Positions 27,622 to 36,891 of a DNA stretch of 51,528 bases are shown piece after piece. The stretch is from the IMG/VR virus record IMGVR_UViG_3300023181_000010, positions 1-51,528 of that record; one strand, given 5' to 3'. A program made the translations under genes and the position numbers. Each line of letters starts with the position of its first letter. The first letter of the stretch is position 1. The notes below the pieces were generated by a model, which searched no databases, was not told the DNA's origin, and saw only the letters and a list, made by a program, of their open reading frames with translations. Origin of the DNA: a virus. Taxonomy: Duplodnaviria > Caudoviricetes.

Positions 27622-28323
27622 GTGCCTACCCTGTACGACACCGTGAGCGGGAAAGTGCCCGGGCCGATCGCCCGGGCCGCGCTGGTCACCGAAGGTGGAC
27701 GGGTCGTGAACCTGTCGCACACCCCGACGGACGGATCCGGGACACCGCAGCAACGCCGCATGGTCGAGGTCGACCGGCCCGGCCGGGTCCCACTGTTGGT
27801 GTTCGACAACTACGCGCTGGGTGAGCTGTCTTTCACGCACACCGAGGCCGTCACGATGCTCGGTCCGCGGGACGTCGACGTCGCCCTGATCACGTACGAA
27901 GATCTCGCGACAACCGGTGAGCTCGTCCGACTGACGGGGATGTCCGCAGTCGAGACCCGCGGGTGGTGGACCATTGATCAGCTCACGTGGAAGATCGCCC
28001 AGCGGTCCGAGACGCAGAAGATGTTGGCCGTCGAGTGCTCGTGGAAGCTCAAGCGGCCGACGATCCAACCGCGGGGCATCGGTAAGCCGCCGCCGCCGGC
28101 GTCGAAGAGTCGGCCGGCCGCGCCGACGGCAACACCGAAGGCACCGACGGGGAAGGCCCCGGCCACCGGGACGTACACGGTGAAGTCCGGCGACACCCTG
28201 TGGGCGATCGCCGTCCGGCTACTCGGCTCCGGCTCGAGGTACCCCGAGATCGCGAAGCTGAACGGGATCTCGAATCCGAACCTGATCCGGGTCGGTACCG
28301 TGCTGAAAGTCCCCGCCCGATGA
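27622..28323 (+). CDS. LysM-domain baseplate / tube-initiator protein
   Basis: YTVKSGDTLWAIA...IAKLNGISNPNLIRVGTVLKVP. Confidence 0.9.
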   Translation: MPTLYDTVSGKVPGPIARAALVTEGGRVVNLSHTPTDGSGTPQQRRMVEVDRPGRVPLLVFDNYALGELSFTHTEAVTMLGPRDVDVALITYEDLATTGELVRLTGMSAVETRGWWTIDQLTWKIAQRSETQKMLAVECSWKLKRPTIQPRGIGKPPPPASKSRPAAPTATPKAPTGKAPATGTYTVKSGDTLWAIAVRLLGSGSRYPEIAKLNGISNPNLIRVGTVLKVPAR

Positions 28324-29195
28324 CCCGGCGTGTCATCGTCGGCGCGGACAACCGCCTGATGCTCGTCACCGTCGCCGGGCAGGATCTCTCCGGGTTGCTC
28401 AGCGAACGGGCCGTAGAGGCGAAAATGTCCTACTCGGCCGAGCAGGTCGGGCAGTTCTCGATGGCGTTCACCGACCCCGACGGTGACATCGTCAACAGCG
28501 GGTTGATGGTGAAGGGGGCCGCCCTGGATTACGGCGGGTACCAGCTCGCGATCGCCACGGTGAAGCATTCCCCGGCACCCGGCGGGATCTCGGTCCGGAT
28601 CGAGGCCCGCTCGAGGGTGATCCGGGATCTCCGGAAGCAGACCGGGAAGAACGCGTACGGCACGACCGACGTCGCCCAGTGGGTCCGGTCCCGCGTCACC
28701 GAGGCCGGCGGGATCACCGTCGCCCAGGGTGTCGGCTCCGAACCGATTAGCCGGCAGGACGGCAACGAAGAGGAGTCGTCGTGGGACGTGATGCGCCGAC
28801 TGACGTCCGTCAAAGGCGTGTGGTGTTTCGAGGTCGACCAGACGATCTATTTCGCGAAACCGACGTGGCTTGCCGCGCAATCGTCGGCCCGGTCGTGGGC
28901 CGTCTACTGGAACACCAACACCGACCGGTCCGACATGCTGGTCGATTACCCCGACTATGAGGACCAGGAGGACGGGGAATCGACGCAACGCCTCACGATG
29001 AAGTGGGTCAGTGCGACCGATTATGCGCTGGCCGCCGAGGTCCGCCCCGGGCACGTCGTCGACTACACCGGCCGGATCGGGCCCGCCGCGGGCCGGTGGT
29101 TGGTCACCGGCGTCGACGTCGGCGCGTCTCACTCCGAACCGGTGTCTGTCACGATGGAACGCCCGATCGATCCGAAGGTGGAAAAGACCGCATGA
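28320..29195 (+). CDS. Baseplate hub protein
   Basis: Position; ESSWDV.RRL...G.W.F; G.W.VTGV. Confidence 0.75.
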   Translation: MTRRVIVGADNRLMLVTVAGQDLSGLLSERAVEAKMSYSAEQVGQFSMAFTDPDGDIVNSGLMVKGAALDYGGYQLAIATVKHSPAPGGISVRIEARSRVIRDLRKQTGKNAYGTTDVAQWVRSRVTEAGGITVAQGVGSEPISRQDGNEEESSWDVMRRLTSVKGVWCFEVDQTIYFAKPTWLAAQSSARSWAVYWNTNTDRSDMLVDYPDYEDQEDGESTQRLTMKWVSATDYALAAEVRPGHVVDYTGRIGPAAGRWLVTGVDVGASHSEPVSVTMERPIDPKVEKTA

Positions 29196-29560
29196 TCGTT
29201 GACATTGTCGCCGCGACCGCAGCTCTACGGCAGGTGTCCCAGTGGACCGACCAGGACGCCGCGGCCGCCCAAACGGCGGCCGAGCTGTTCCCGTTCACCG
29301 GGCTCGAGCTGTTGTCGACGATCGGCGCGGGCACGTACGACACCGTCGCCGACCTGGTCGCCGCGTCGACGCTCGTCGAGTGGTCACCGCCGCCGCGGGC
29401 CGCTGTCGTCACCGACGGGACGATGGTCGGGTTCCTGGTCGGCTACGGCGTTGCCGTGGTCCCCGCCGGCAGGACGTGGGCTCAGGTCGACGTCGATCCG
29501 GACCGGTTCCGTGACGCCTACCTGGTGCCCGGGATCACCTACACCGGACGGCCCCGGTAA
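29192..29560 (+). CDS. Baseplate-associated protein, possibly degenerate NlpC/P60 fold
   Basis: ATGA overlap; VGFLVGYG.AV...F.DAYLVPGI. Confidence 0.5.
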   Translation: MIVDIVAATAALRQVSQWTDQDAAAAQTAAELFPFTGLELLSTIGAGTYDTVADLVAASTLVEWSPPPRAAVVTDGTMVGFLVGYGVAVVPAGRTWAQVDVDPDRFRDAYLVPGITYTGRPR

Positions 29561-29805
29561 TGGGCCGGCCGATCCCCGGCACGGGGAAACCGAAGGAGGG
29601 GCCCGGACTGTTCGGTGTGTGGGCCGCCGAGGTCGCGTCGATTCGCGATTCCGGAATTATGATCCGCGTTCCGAAGCTCACCGGGCAGGGGCTCAACGGG
29701 CCCGTGTCGATCGTCGCCGGGCTCGAGGTGGAACCGGGCGACCTGGTGTGGGTGCTCCCCGTCGACGGCCGCCGGGATCTGTTCCTGATCATCGCCCAGC
29801 GCTGA
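29560..29805 (+). CDS. Short baseplate spike-like (OB-fold) protein
   Basis: IRVPKL...GP...PGDLVWV...GRR. Confidence 0.65.
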   Translation: MGRPIPGTGKPKEGPGLFGVWAAEVASIRDSGIMIRVPKLTGQGLNGPVSIVAGLEVEPGDLVWVLPVDGRRDLFLIIAQR

Positions 29806-29849
29806 CCACGGTCGCCGTCCCACAACGGCCGCGGTGGGCCGGGCATGAT
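29805..29849 (+). promoter_or_regulatory. Putative late promoter, copy 6 (leaderless, baseplate wedge)
   Basis: ACCACGGTCGCCGTCCCACAA-N18-CATGAT-N7-ATG(29857). Confidence 0.7.
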
Positions 29850-29856
29850 TCGCCCC

Positions 29857-30174
29857 ATGCCAATCTCGCACCCGTTCCGGCTCGGTGTCGGTGGCCGGGT
29901 CGCCACCACCGCCCCCGGGTCCGACGCCGAAGCTGAGGACGCGATCCGCGTGCTGATCGGCTCACGCCCGAACGAACGCCCGATGTGCTGGTCGTTCGGG
30001 ATACCTGACCCGACGTGGTCGACGCTCACCGCGGACACCCTGAACGCCGCCCTCGAGCTCTGGGGCCCGGACGGTGTCCGCGTCACACGGGTCGACACCC
30101 GGCCCCGCACTGAAACGGTGCAGGACGTCACCGTCGAATACACCCGCAACACGGCAGGAGAAACCGACCGATGA
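29857..30174 (+). CDS. Baseplate wedge protein (GPW/gp25 family)
   Basis: SHPFR, RPNERPM...FG. Confidence 0.85.
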   Translation: MPISHPFRLGVGGRVATTAPGSDAEAEDAIRVLIGSRPNERPMCWSFGIPDPTWSTLTADTLNAALELWGPDGVRVTRVDTRPRTETVQDVTVEYTRNTAGETDR

Positions 30175-31310
30175 CATCCCCATCCCCGGATCTGGCGACG
30201 CTGGTCACCGCGACGATCCATGACGTCACCGAAAACGAGCTGGTCGACGCCGCGATCGCCGCGTTCCAAACGTGGGTGCCCGACTGGCGGCCCGCCGAAG
30301 GCCAGACTGAGGTGATGCTGTTGCAGGCGATGGCCGTCATCGCCGGGCAGACCATCTACGCGACGAATCAGATGCCCGAGAAGGTGCTCGGTGACCTACT
30401 GGCGATGAACGGGGTGTGGCGGACACCGGCCGTCGCCGCGACCGCGCTGATCGCGATCAAGGCCGATCCGTCGTTGCCGTCCGAGCGGACGTTGCCGGCC
30501 GGCACGCAGTTCCGGGCCGTCGTCTCCCCCGGGGTGTCCTACGATTTCGCGCTCGAGGGGCCCGCAACGTTCACCACCGATGCGCTGACCCAGTTCGGGA
30601 CGGCCCGGGCTGTCATCGCCGGTGACGAGCCGAACGGAATCCCCGCCGGGTTCGACGTCGATTTGCTCGACGGGGTGTCCTGGATCGAGTCCGCCGAGAT
30701 CGTGAACGAGGTCGTCGGCGGGGTGAACGTCGAGGCGTTCACGGCGTTCCTGACCCGCGGGGCCGCCCGGCTCCGCAGGCACTCAACGACGCTGGTGACC
30801 GCGGATCATTTCGCCGCGGCCGCCCTCGACATCCCCGGTGTCGTCCGGGCCCGAACCCTGAACCTGTACGACCCCGACGAGCCGGGAGTACCGGGCGACC
30901 ACCCCGGGAACGTCACCGTCGCCGTGTCCGACGGTGACGGCAACGCCGTTCCGGAACCCGTCGCCGATGCGCTGTTGGCCTACCTGACCGAGAACGCGAT
31001 CGCCGGGTTGATCGTGCACATCGTCGCGCCGACGGTCAACGAGGGGATCACGCACACCATCGCAATCCGGGTGCTCCCCGGGTACGACCCGCCCACCGTC
31101 GCCGGGCTGGTGCAGCAAAAGGTGGCCGCGTTCCTGTCGCCGGCGCGGTGGCCGTTCGACCGGTTCATCTACAAGAACCAACTGGTCGGCATCGCGTCGA
31201 CCGTCCCCGGCGTGGAACGGGTCGTGTCGGTGTCCCCTGATATGGACATCGAGCTGGTCGGTCTGGCCCCGCTACCTGACCACACCGTCGTCGTGACGGT
31301 GACACCGTGA
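30171..31310 (+). CDS. Baseplate J-like protein
   Basis: LPAGT.F, GG...E, VT..F...A..IPGV.RA, PG.VTV. Confidence 0.9.
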   Translation: MTSPSPDLATLVTATIHDVTENELVDAAIAAFQTWVPDWRPAEGQTEVMLLQAMAVIAGQTIYATNQMPEKVLGDLLAMNGVWRTPAVAATALIAIKADPSLPSERTLPAGTQFRAVVSPGVSYDFALEGPATFTTDALTQFGTARAVIAGDEPNGIPAGFDVDLLDGVSWIESAEIVNEVVGGVNVEAFTAFLTRGAARLRRHSTTLVTADHFAAAALDIPGVVRARTLNLYDPDEPGVPGDHPGNVTVAVSDGDGNAVPEPVADALLAYLTENAIAGLIVHIVAPTVNEGITHTIAIRVLPGYDPPTVAGLVQQKVAAFLSPARWPFDRFIYKNQLVGIASTVPGVERVVSVSPDMDIELVGLAPLPDHTVVVTVTP

Positions 31311-31921
31311 CCGAACCGGTCCCGTCCCCCGGTGAGCTGTTGTGGTCCTACCTGCCGGCGGTGGTCCGCGACGCCGACGACGTCGGCCACGACGGGGGCC
31401 CGCCGGATCTCCTACGCGATTACGTCGAGTCGATCGCCGGGATGGTCGAACCGTCGACGTACACGCTCGCCCAGGGCGCAGCGGGTCACCTCACCGACGC
31501 CGCCCTGACACCGGCCGCGCTGGTGCCCTGGCTGGCTCAGGCGCTCGGTGTGGACCCGTTCGGGTCCGAGGCCACCGTCCGGGCCCGGATCGCCGCACGG
31601 GCCGAAGCTCCGGCCACCGGCTCGAGGTCCGCGATCGCCGCGTCCGCCCGACAGTTCCTCATCGGGGAACGACAGGTGCTCATCGGCGCAGACCCACCGT
31701 GGGGAATCAAGATCGGTGTCCGCCCCGCAGACCGAGACATCACCCTGGCCGCCCTGGCCGCGAAGGTCGTCGCCACCGGCGTGGTCCCCGCCGGGTACGT
31801 CCTCGAGGCCGTCGACGTCCTCGCGTCGTGGGCCGCAGTAGAAGCCGGCATCGGTGGCACGTGGGCCGGGGCATACGGGTCGTGGTCCCGGATCGAGGCG
31901 TTCGGCGTTGACCTTGGATGA
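31307..31921 (+). CDS. Baseplate/tail protein (P2 gpI-like)
   Basis: YLP.V.R..D, PWLAQ..GV, PAG motifs after baseplate J. Confidence 0.8.
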   Translation: MTEPVPSPGELLWSYLPAVVRDADDVGHDGGPPDLLRDYVESIAGMVEPSTYTLAQGAAGHLTDAALTPAALVPWLAQALGVDPFGSEATVRARIAARAEAPATGSRSAIAASARQFLIGERQVLIGADPPWGIKIGVRPADRDITLAALAAKVVATGVVPAGYVLEAVDVLASWAAVEAGIGGTWAGAYGSWSRIEAFGVDLG

Positions 31922-31964
31922 CACACCCGACGTCCCACCATCCCACCGTGATTGATCGGAAAGT
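31920..31964 (+). promoter_or_regulatory. Putative late promoter, copy 7 (leaderless, tail fibre/lysis)
   Basis: GACACACCCGACGTCCCACCA-N18-GAAAGT-N6-GTG(31971). Confidence 0.7.
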
Positions 31965-31970
31965 GAACCC

Positions 31971-33452
31971 GTGACCAAGACCTACACCCCGCGTTTCGAG
32001 CTCGAGCAGGCATCGTCACCGTCCGATTCGTTCCCGGGTCGCGTCGGTTTCAACACGATGTTCTCTCACCTCGAGGAACGGGCCGCGCAGTTCCTCCCGC
32101 CGGGGCCGCTGTCGTCCAGGCCCTCGACGCCGGTCGGTGGCCGGATCTTCATTCAGACCGACGTGACGCCCCGGCGGATGTTCTACGACGACGGGGTGTC
32201 CTGGCTGGACATCACCCCCGTCGGTGGCGGTGGCGCACCGCAACCGGTCACCGCTGGGACGGCCGCCGCCGAAGGCGTGTCGGCGCGGGCCGCCCGGGCC
32301 GACCACGTGCACGCGTTCACCCCGTTGACGGCCGCGCAGATCCCCGACCTGCCCGCGTCGAGGATCACGTCCGGGTCCGTCCCACCTGCCCGCGGTGGTA
32401 CCGGTCAGACCGGTGTCAACGCGAACATGTTCCTGGTCGGCAACGGGGCCGGCACGGCGTTCGAGTGGATCAACTACACGAACCTGTTGGCGAATCTCGG
32501 TGCCGCGTCGCAGTTCCGGCAGATCATCGCCGGAACCGGCCTGTCCGGTGGCGGCAACCTGCAAGCCGACCGGACCCTGTCCGTCCTGTACGGCACCGCC
32601 GCCGGCACCGCGGCCGCCGGTAACGATTCCCGGCTGACCAACTCGCGCACCCCTACCGGCGCGGCCGGTGGTGTCCTCGACGGCACCTACCCGAACCCCG
32701 GGTGGAGTCCTAGTTTCGTCGACCCGCTACCCGCGACGCCGGGCGTGCGGACTCTCGGCACGACCGCGCAGTCCGCGGCCGCCGGGAATGACGCACGGCT
32801 GAGCAATTCCCGGACCCCGTCCGGTGCCGCCGGCGGTGCACTGGCCGGGAACTACCCGAACCCGTCGTTCAACCCCGCGTTCATCGACACGGCCGCCGGA
32901 ACCGCTGGTCTGCGAACACTCGGCACCGGACCACTGCAGGCCGCCGCCGGCAACGACTTCCGGCTCGTGAACGCGTTCACCAACACCACCGACCGAGACG
33001 CCTACATCACCGCGCCGGTGCTTTATCAGCTGTGCATGGTCGACGGCATGCTGTTGCAGTGGACCGGTTCCGCGTGGGCGCCGTACTGGCGTACCCGGAC
33101 GTGGGCGCAGCTGTCCCTCGCGTCCGGCTACACGTTCACCCCGGGCACGATGCCAACCCCGGCGGTCCGAATCGAAGGTGGCCGGGCATTCCTGAACGGC
33201 CGAATCAACGGCACGATCAGCGGGACGATCAATCCCATCGCAACGGTGCCCGTCGGTTTCCGGCCCAACGGCGCAGCAGCGCCCGGGTCGAACGTCGATT
33301 TCTACGAGTTCCGGTGCTCCGCCGGTGCTGGTGCGAACGCGTTCGCCCGCATCCGGGCGTACATCGACGGGTCGCTGGTGTGCGACTCCAACGGCACCAG
33401 CGGGCTGACGACGGTATCGCTGGATCAGATCAGTTGGCCGGTGGCACTGTGA
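31971..33452 (+). CDS. Tail fibre protein
   Basis: After baseplate; ARADHVH, IPDLPASRITSG, AGTGLSGGG and repeated AAAGND.RL motifs. Confidence 0.85.
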   Translation: MTKTYTPRFELEQASSPSDSFPGRVGFNTMFSHLEERAAQFLPPGPLSSRPSTPVGGRIFIQTDVTPRRMFYDDGVSWLDITPVGGGGAPQPVTAGTAAAEGVSARAARADHVHAFTPLTAAQIPDLPASRITSGSVPPARGGTGQTGVNANMFLVGNGAGTAFEWINYTNLLANLGAASQFRQIIAGTGLSGGGNLQADRTLSVLYGTAAGTAAAGNDSRLTNSRTPTGAAGGVLDGTYPNPGWSPSFVDPLPATPGVRTLGTTAQSAAAGNDARLSNSRTPSGAAGGALAGNYPNPSFNPAFIDTAAGTAGLRTLGTGPLQAAAGNDFRLVNAFTNTTDRDAYITAPVLYQLCMVDGMLLQWTGSAWAPYWRTRTWAQLSLASGYTFTPGTMPTPAVRIEGGRAFLNGRINGTISGTINPIATVPVGFRPNGAAAPGSNVDFYEFRCSAGAGANAFARIRAYIDGSLVCDSNGTSGLTTVSLDQISWPVAL

Positions 33453-33478
33453 CCGACCCCCACGGAAAGGACGACCCC

Positions 33479-34084
33479 GTGACAACAGCTCACCCGCACG
33501 CCGAGCACTGGCGGACGATCCGAGACCGGTTCCCCGCCCCGGGGCCGCCGGAACTTGCCGCCCCGTCCCGGTTGACCCTCGAGCAGGAGCACGCCGCCCA
33601 GGTCGCCGCCGAGCTCCGCGACGAACGGGTCAAGTGGTACGTGGTTTGTGTGCTTCAAGGTTGGTACTCGGCAGCGTGCATGGTCGTCGGGTACTCGTAC
33701 ATTCCGGCGTTGGCCGGGCCGTCGACCCTGCCGAAGGGGCTCGACATCCTCACCGCTGAGGGTGCCATTCCGATTTGGGTCTACGGGTCGGCGTGGGCGC
33801 TCGGTGGTGCGCTCGGTGTGATCTCCGCAGTGTTCAAGCTCCGACGGCTGTTCTGGACGGCGTACATCTGGCTGGCGATCCTCGCCGCGATCTGGACCGT
33901 CGGTTACCTGGTCGGCTGGATTCAGTCCCCGCCCGGTGACCGCGGGTACCTCAACGTCGCGTCCTACATGCGAACCCTGGCCCCTCAACTGGCCCTGATG
34001 ATCTTCATCCCGCAGGCGCTCAAGTACCTCGACCGCAGAACCGAGGAACACGCGACGATGCACGGAAGATCTCCGGGCGAGTGA
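33479..34084 (+). CDS. Multi-pass membrane protein (lysis cassette)
   Basis: GAAAGGA RBS; about four hydrophobic helices. Confidence 0.7.
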   Translation: MTTAHPHAEHWRTIRDRFPAPGPPELAAPSRLTLEQEHAAQVAAELRDERVKWYVVCVLQGWYSAACMVVGYSYIPALAGPSTLPKGLDILTAEGAIPIWVYGSAWALGGALGVISAVFKLRRLFWTAYIWLAILAAIWTVGYLVGWIQSPPGDRGYLNVASYMRTLAPQLALMIFIPQALKYLDRRTEEHATMHGRSPGE

Positions 34085-34392
34085 ACCCGACTGTCGTGGC
34101 GGCCCTGTGTGCACTGGTTGGGTCCGCCGTGGTCGCCGGTTTCGGTGCATGGGTTGCTCGCCGTGGTCAAACCGACACCGCAAGTGACAAGGTCACGACC
34201 AGGGCCGTATCCGACAGCGACCGGTGGTACCTCCGGTCGCTGGACCTGGACAACGAACGGGAGTGGGAACGGATCAAGGCTGAGCACTACAACGAAGAGG
34301 CGCTGGGTTACCGCCGCGGGATCGCCGTCGGCGACTACGCGACCACGTGGGACGCTGGCCCCCGACCGCCACTACCGGCCCGGCCGGCGTGA
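34081..34392 (+). CDS. N-terminally anchored membrane protein
   Basis: VVAALCALVGSAVVAGFGAWV then charged tail. Confidence 0.7.
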   Translation: MNPTVVAALCALVGSAVVAGFGAWVARRGQTDTASDKVTTRAVSDSDRWYLRSLDLDNEREWERIKAEHYNEEALGYRRGIAVGDYATTWDAGPRPPLPARPA

Positions 34393-34769
34393 GTACCGCC
34401 CTGTTCGTCGCCGCAATGAGACTGGCGATATTCGTCCTGTCCCTGGCCGGCGGGTTGCTCATGGTGGCCGTCAACGCCCAGCGTTTCCGGCACGCCCACA
34501 TCCGGCCGGTACTCCCCGGCATCGAGCTACTGTCCGCCCGGACCCGACTGTTGGCCGTCCGCGTCGAGGTGTTCGTCCGGATCGGATTCACCGCCCTCCT
34601 ATTCGTCTCGGCATACTCTGTGATCGAGACTCACCTAACGTCGGTGGCTGGCGGAACCCGCCTGCCCGTCGTCATCGCCGCCCTGTTGTTCGTCGACATC
34701 CCGCTCGTCTACCTGTGGCGATTGAATCGCCGACTCACGAAAGGCTGTTCCTGTGGCAAACGCGAATGA
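34389..34769 (+). CDS. Membrane protein, about three helices
   Basis: GTGA overlap; three hydrophobic segments. Confidence 0.65.
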   Translation: MSTALFVAAMRLAIFVLSLAGGLLMVAVNAQRFRHAHIRPVLPGIELLSARTRLLAVRVEVFVRIGFTALLFVSAYSVIETHLTSVAGGTRLPVVIAALLFVDIPLVYLWRLNRRLTKGCSCGKRE

Positions 34770-34935
34770 CCCCGGTGTGCTCCACACCGACGACATCGGC
34801 CGTGAGGGGAACCTGACGGCCGCCGACTACGAGGCCGCCCGGTCCCGCCGTATGGCCGAGGGGCCCGTTCACCAGATTCCGGCCGACGTCCTGGCCGCGG
34901 CCGAGGCCGCCGCGGATGCTGAGGCGAACCTGTGA
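34753..34935 (+). CDS. Small hypothetical protein
   Basis: GAAAGG RBS; coupled to endolysin. Confidence 0.6.
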   Translation: MANANDPGVLHTDDIGREGNLTAADYEAARSRRMAEGPVHQIPADVLAAAEAAADAEANL

Positions 34936-35882
34936 ACGCCCTCGCGATTCCGTCCGGGATTACCTACACGGCCGGTTCCTGGATCCAGAACTACGGGCCG
35001 TTCAAGATCCCGGCACCGTACGGCCGGACGATCCACACCCTCGAGTGCGACGCGAAGCCGGGCATCGCGAAGCAACTGTCCGTCCGCGGTGGGTATTTGG
35101 ACACGCAGAAGCTCGGTCCGCAACGGATGGTTGACCCGACCGAGCGGGTCGCCACCATGGCCGGGAATCTCCGCGGTGGGCACGCCGGGACGTACGGCAA
35201 CAATGGGACGGTCGGCTATGAGATCAGCGGCCGCGCCGCCTGGTCCCGGTCCCAGTGGCTCGACGAGTCGAACCCCCGGGCCGCCCTCGAGAACGCCGCC
35301 CGGTGTGTCGCCGAGGACATGGTCCGAGACGGGTGGTCCCGGACCGACATCCGGTGGCTGTCCGGTGCCCAGATCATCGCGAACAACGCCGGCACCGCCT
35401 ACGTCCGCGGGTTGCTCGAGCACAACGACGTGTCCGAATTCCTTGGACTCACCAACCATTGGGACCCGGGCCCCGGGTTCCCCGGCGACGTGTTCCTCGA
35501 GCGTGTCGCCTACTGGTACGACCAGTATTCCGGCGCGGTCACGCCCACCCCGACACCGGTGCCGAAACCCCCGGCCCCGAAACCCCCGACAGATGAGGAA
35601 TACCTGATGGCATTCAGCAAAGAAGCGATCGCCCAACTCAAGGCGATCGCCGACCAGGCCGCGAAGGACGCCGTCGCACCGCGATTCGTGCAGGTCCCGA
35701 TCAACGGCAACACCACCACCGTCGAGATTCAGCACAACGGCGACCACCGGACCTACACCATCGGCGCGAACCTCGACGCCCGTTACGAGGTGCTCGACAA
35801 GCTCGGTATCAAGGCGATCAAACTCGGCAAGGTCCCGGGTCTGACCTACGCCGAGATCGCATCCTCCGGTCGCAAGCTGTGA
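34932..35882 (+). CDS. Endolysin, zinc N-acetylmuramoyl-L-alanine amidase
   Basis: IHTLE, GHAG, VGYEISG, EHNDV, HWDPGPGFP; Pro-rich linker to C-terminal domain. Confidence 0.85.
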   Translation: MNALAIPSGITYTAGSWIQNYGPFKIPAPYGRTIHTLECDAKPGIAKQLSVRGGYLDTQKLGPQRMVDPTERVATMAGNLRGGHAGTYGNNGTVGYEISGRAAWSRSQWLDESNPRAALENAARCVAEDMVRDGWSRTDIRWLSGAQIIANNAGTAYVRGLLEHNDVSEFLGLTNHWDPGPGFPGDVFLERVAYWYDQYSGAVTPTPTPVPKPPAPKPPTDEEYLMAFSKEAIAQLKAIADQAAKDAVAPRFVQVPINGNTTTVEIQHNGDHRTYTIGANLDARYEVLDKLGIKAIKLGKVPGLTYAEIASSGRKL

Positions 35883-36316
35883 TGGCACCCGAGGGATTCG
35901 ACGTCGACGATTACGGCGACCACGCGGCACCGAAGGTCCACCCCTACCCGGCCGCGGACCTGCCCGAGGCAAACGAGCGGATCTACCGGCTCGCCGAGCA
36001 ACTGGAAACCGAACGTGAGGTGGCCGCGGATCTGCGGGTCGCGATCGTCACCCAGGCCGATGTCGTCGCGCCGACTCAGGTCCGCCGGCCGTGGCGGGCG
36101 ACGCTCCGGACCGCGGTGGCCGCGATCGCTGGTGTCGCTGGTGCTCTGCCGTTGATCGTCGATGCGGTGCAGGCCGGCGCGAACGGGGTGCAACTCGGTG
36201 CCGCCGGGTCGGCAGCGGTGATCTACGCGGCCGCCGTTACCCGGGTGATGGCGATCCCGGTCGTGAACAAGTGGCTGACGTCGATCGGTGCTGGCGCGGC
36301 CCCGAAGGTGCAGTAG
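35879..36316 (+). CDS. Holin
   Basis: PWRATLRT...two helices...AAVTRVMAIP.VN.WL actinophage holin pattern; after endolysin. Confidence 0.8.
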   Translation: MMAPEGFDVDDYGDHAAPKVHPYPAADLPEANERIYRLAEQLETEREVAADLRVAIVTQADVVAPTQVRRPWRATLRTAVAAIAGVAGALPLIVDAVQAGANGVQLGAAGSAAVIYAAAVTRVMAIPVVNKWLTSIGAGAAPKVQ

Positions 36317-36349
36317 TCCACACGGCGTGTCCCCAGTGTGGACAAGGTT

Positions 36350-36389
36350 CGGCCCCGGCCATGGGGATGTGGCCGGGGCCGTTCTGTTT
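36350..36389 (+). terminator. Intrinsic terminator ending the late region
   Basis: CGGCCCCGGCCA / TGGCCGGGGCCG followed by TTCTGTTT. Confidence 0.8.
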
Positions 36390-36399
36390 CCGCTACCGC

Positions 36400-36424
36400 A
36401 CCTTAGGACGGTGTGTGCTAAGGT
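36400..36424 (+). promoter_or_regulatory. Palindromic operator overlapping extended -10 promoter, copy 1
   Basis: ACCTTAG-N11-CTAAGGT; TGcTAAGGT-N6-ATG(36431). Confidence 0.7.
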
Positions 36425-36430
36425 TGATTC

Positions 36431-36631
36431 ATGAAGCCGCCGAGCACCACCACCGCACTGTTCCCGGCGTCGCTCGCCACCGACGCCCCGACCCTGTTCG
36501 ACGCTGATCTCCTGCCGCCCGTACCGCCCGCCATGCTCGCCGCCGTCCGCGGGAACACCCGCACCACCCCGACAACCGTCTACCTGGTGACGAACCCTCA
36601 CCCGCCGCTGTCCATCGTCCGTCCCGTCTGA
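36431..36631 (+). CDS. Small hypothetical protein (leaderless)
   Basis: ATG 6 nt after -10 box. Confidence 0.5.
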   Translation: MKPPSTTTALFPASLATDAPTLFDADLLPPVPPAMLAAVRGNTRTTPTTVYLVTNPHPPLSIVRPV

Positions 36632-36685
36632 CCACTCCCCGGCCGGTGCTCCCCGGCCACCCGAACCCCCGCGAAAGGCACCACC

Positions 36686-36889
36686 ATGCACCGACCCACC
36701 GCCCAGACCGTCACCGGCCGCCGGTTCACCTCGCCGCCGTACGTCCGCCCCGCCCCGCGGCCGGCCCCGCACCCCGACCGGCTCGAGCCGACCGCGGATG
36801 GCGACAAGCTGTTCAACCAGGTCGGTGTTTGCCTGATCATCGCGCTCGTCGTCCTGGTCGTCATCGTCGCCGTGGCGCAGGTGTTCTGA
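36686..36889 (+). CDS. Small membrane protein
   Basis: GAAAGG RBS; C-terminal hydrophobic helix. Confidence 0.7.
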   Translation: MHRPTAQTVTGRRFTSPPYVRPAPRPAPHPDRLEPTADGDKLFNQVGVCLIIALVVLVVIVAVAQVF

Positions 36890-36891
36890 CG

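Noticed and set aside
5116-33452. Diversity-generating retroelement or invertible tail-fibre switch between the two fibres
   Set aside because: No reverse transcriptase, invertase, template/variable repeat pair or flanking inverted sites seen
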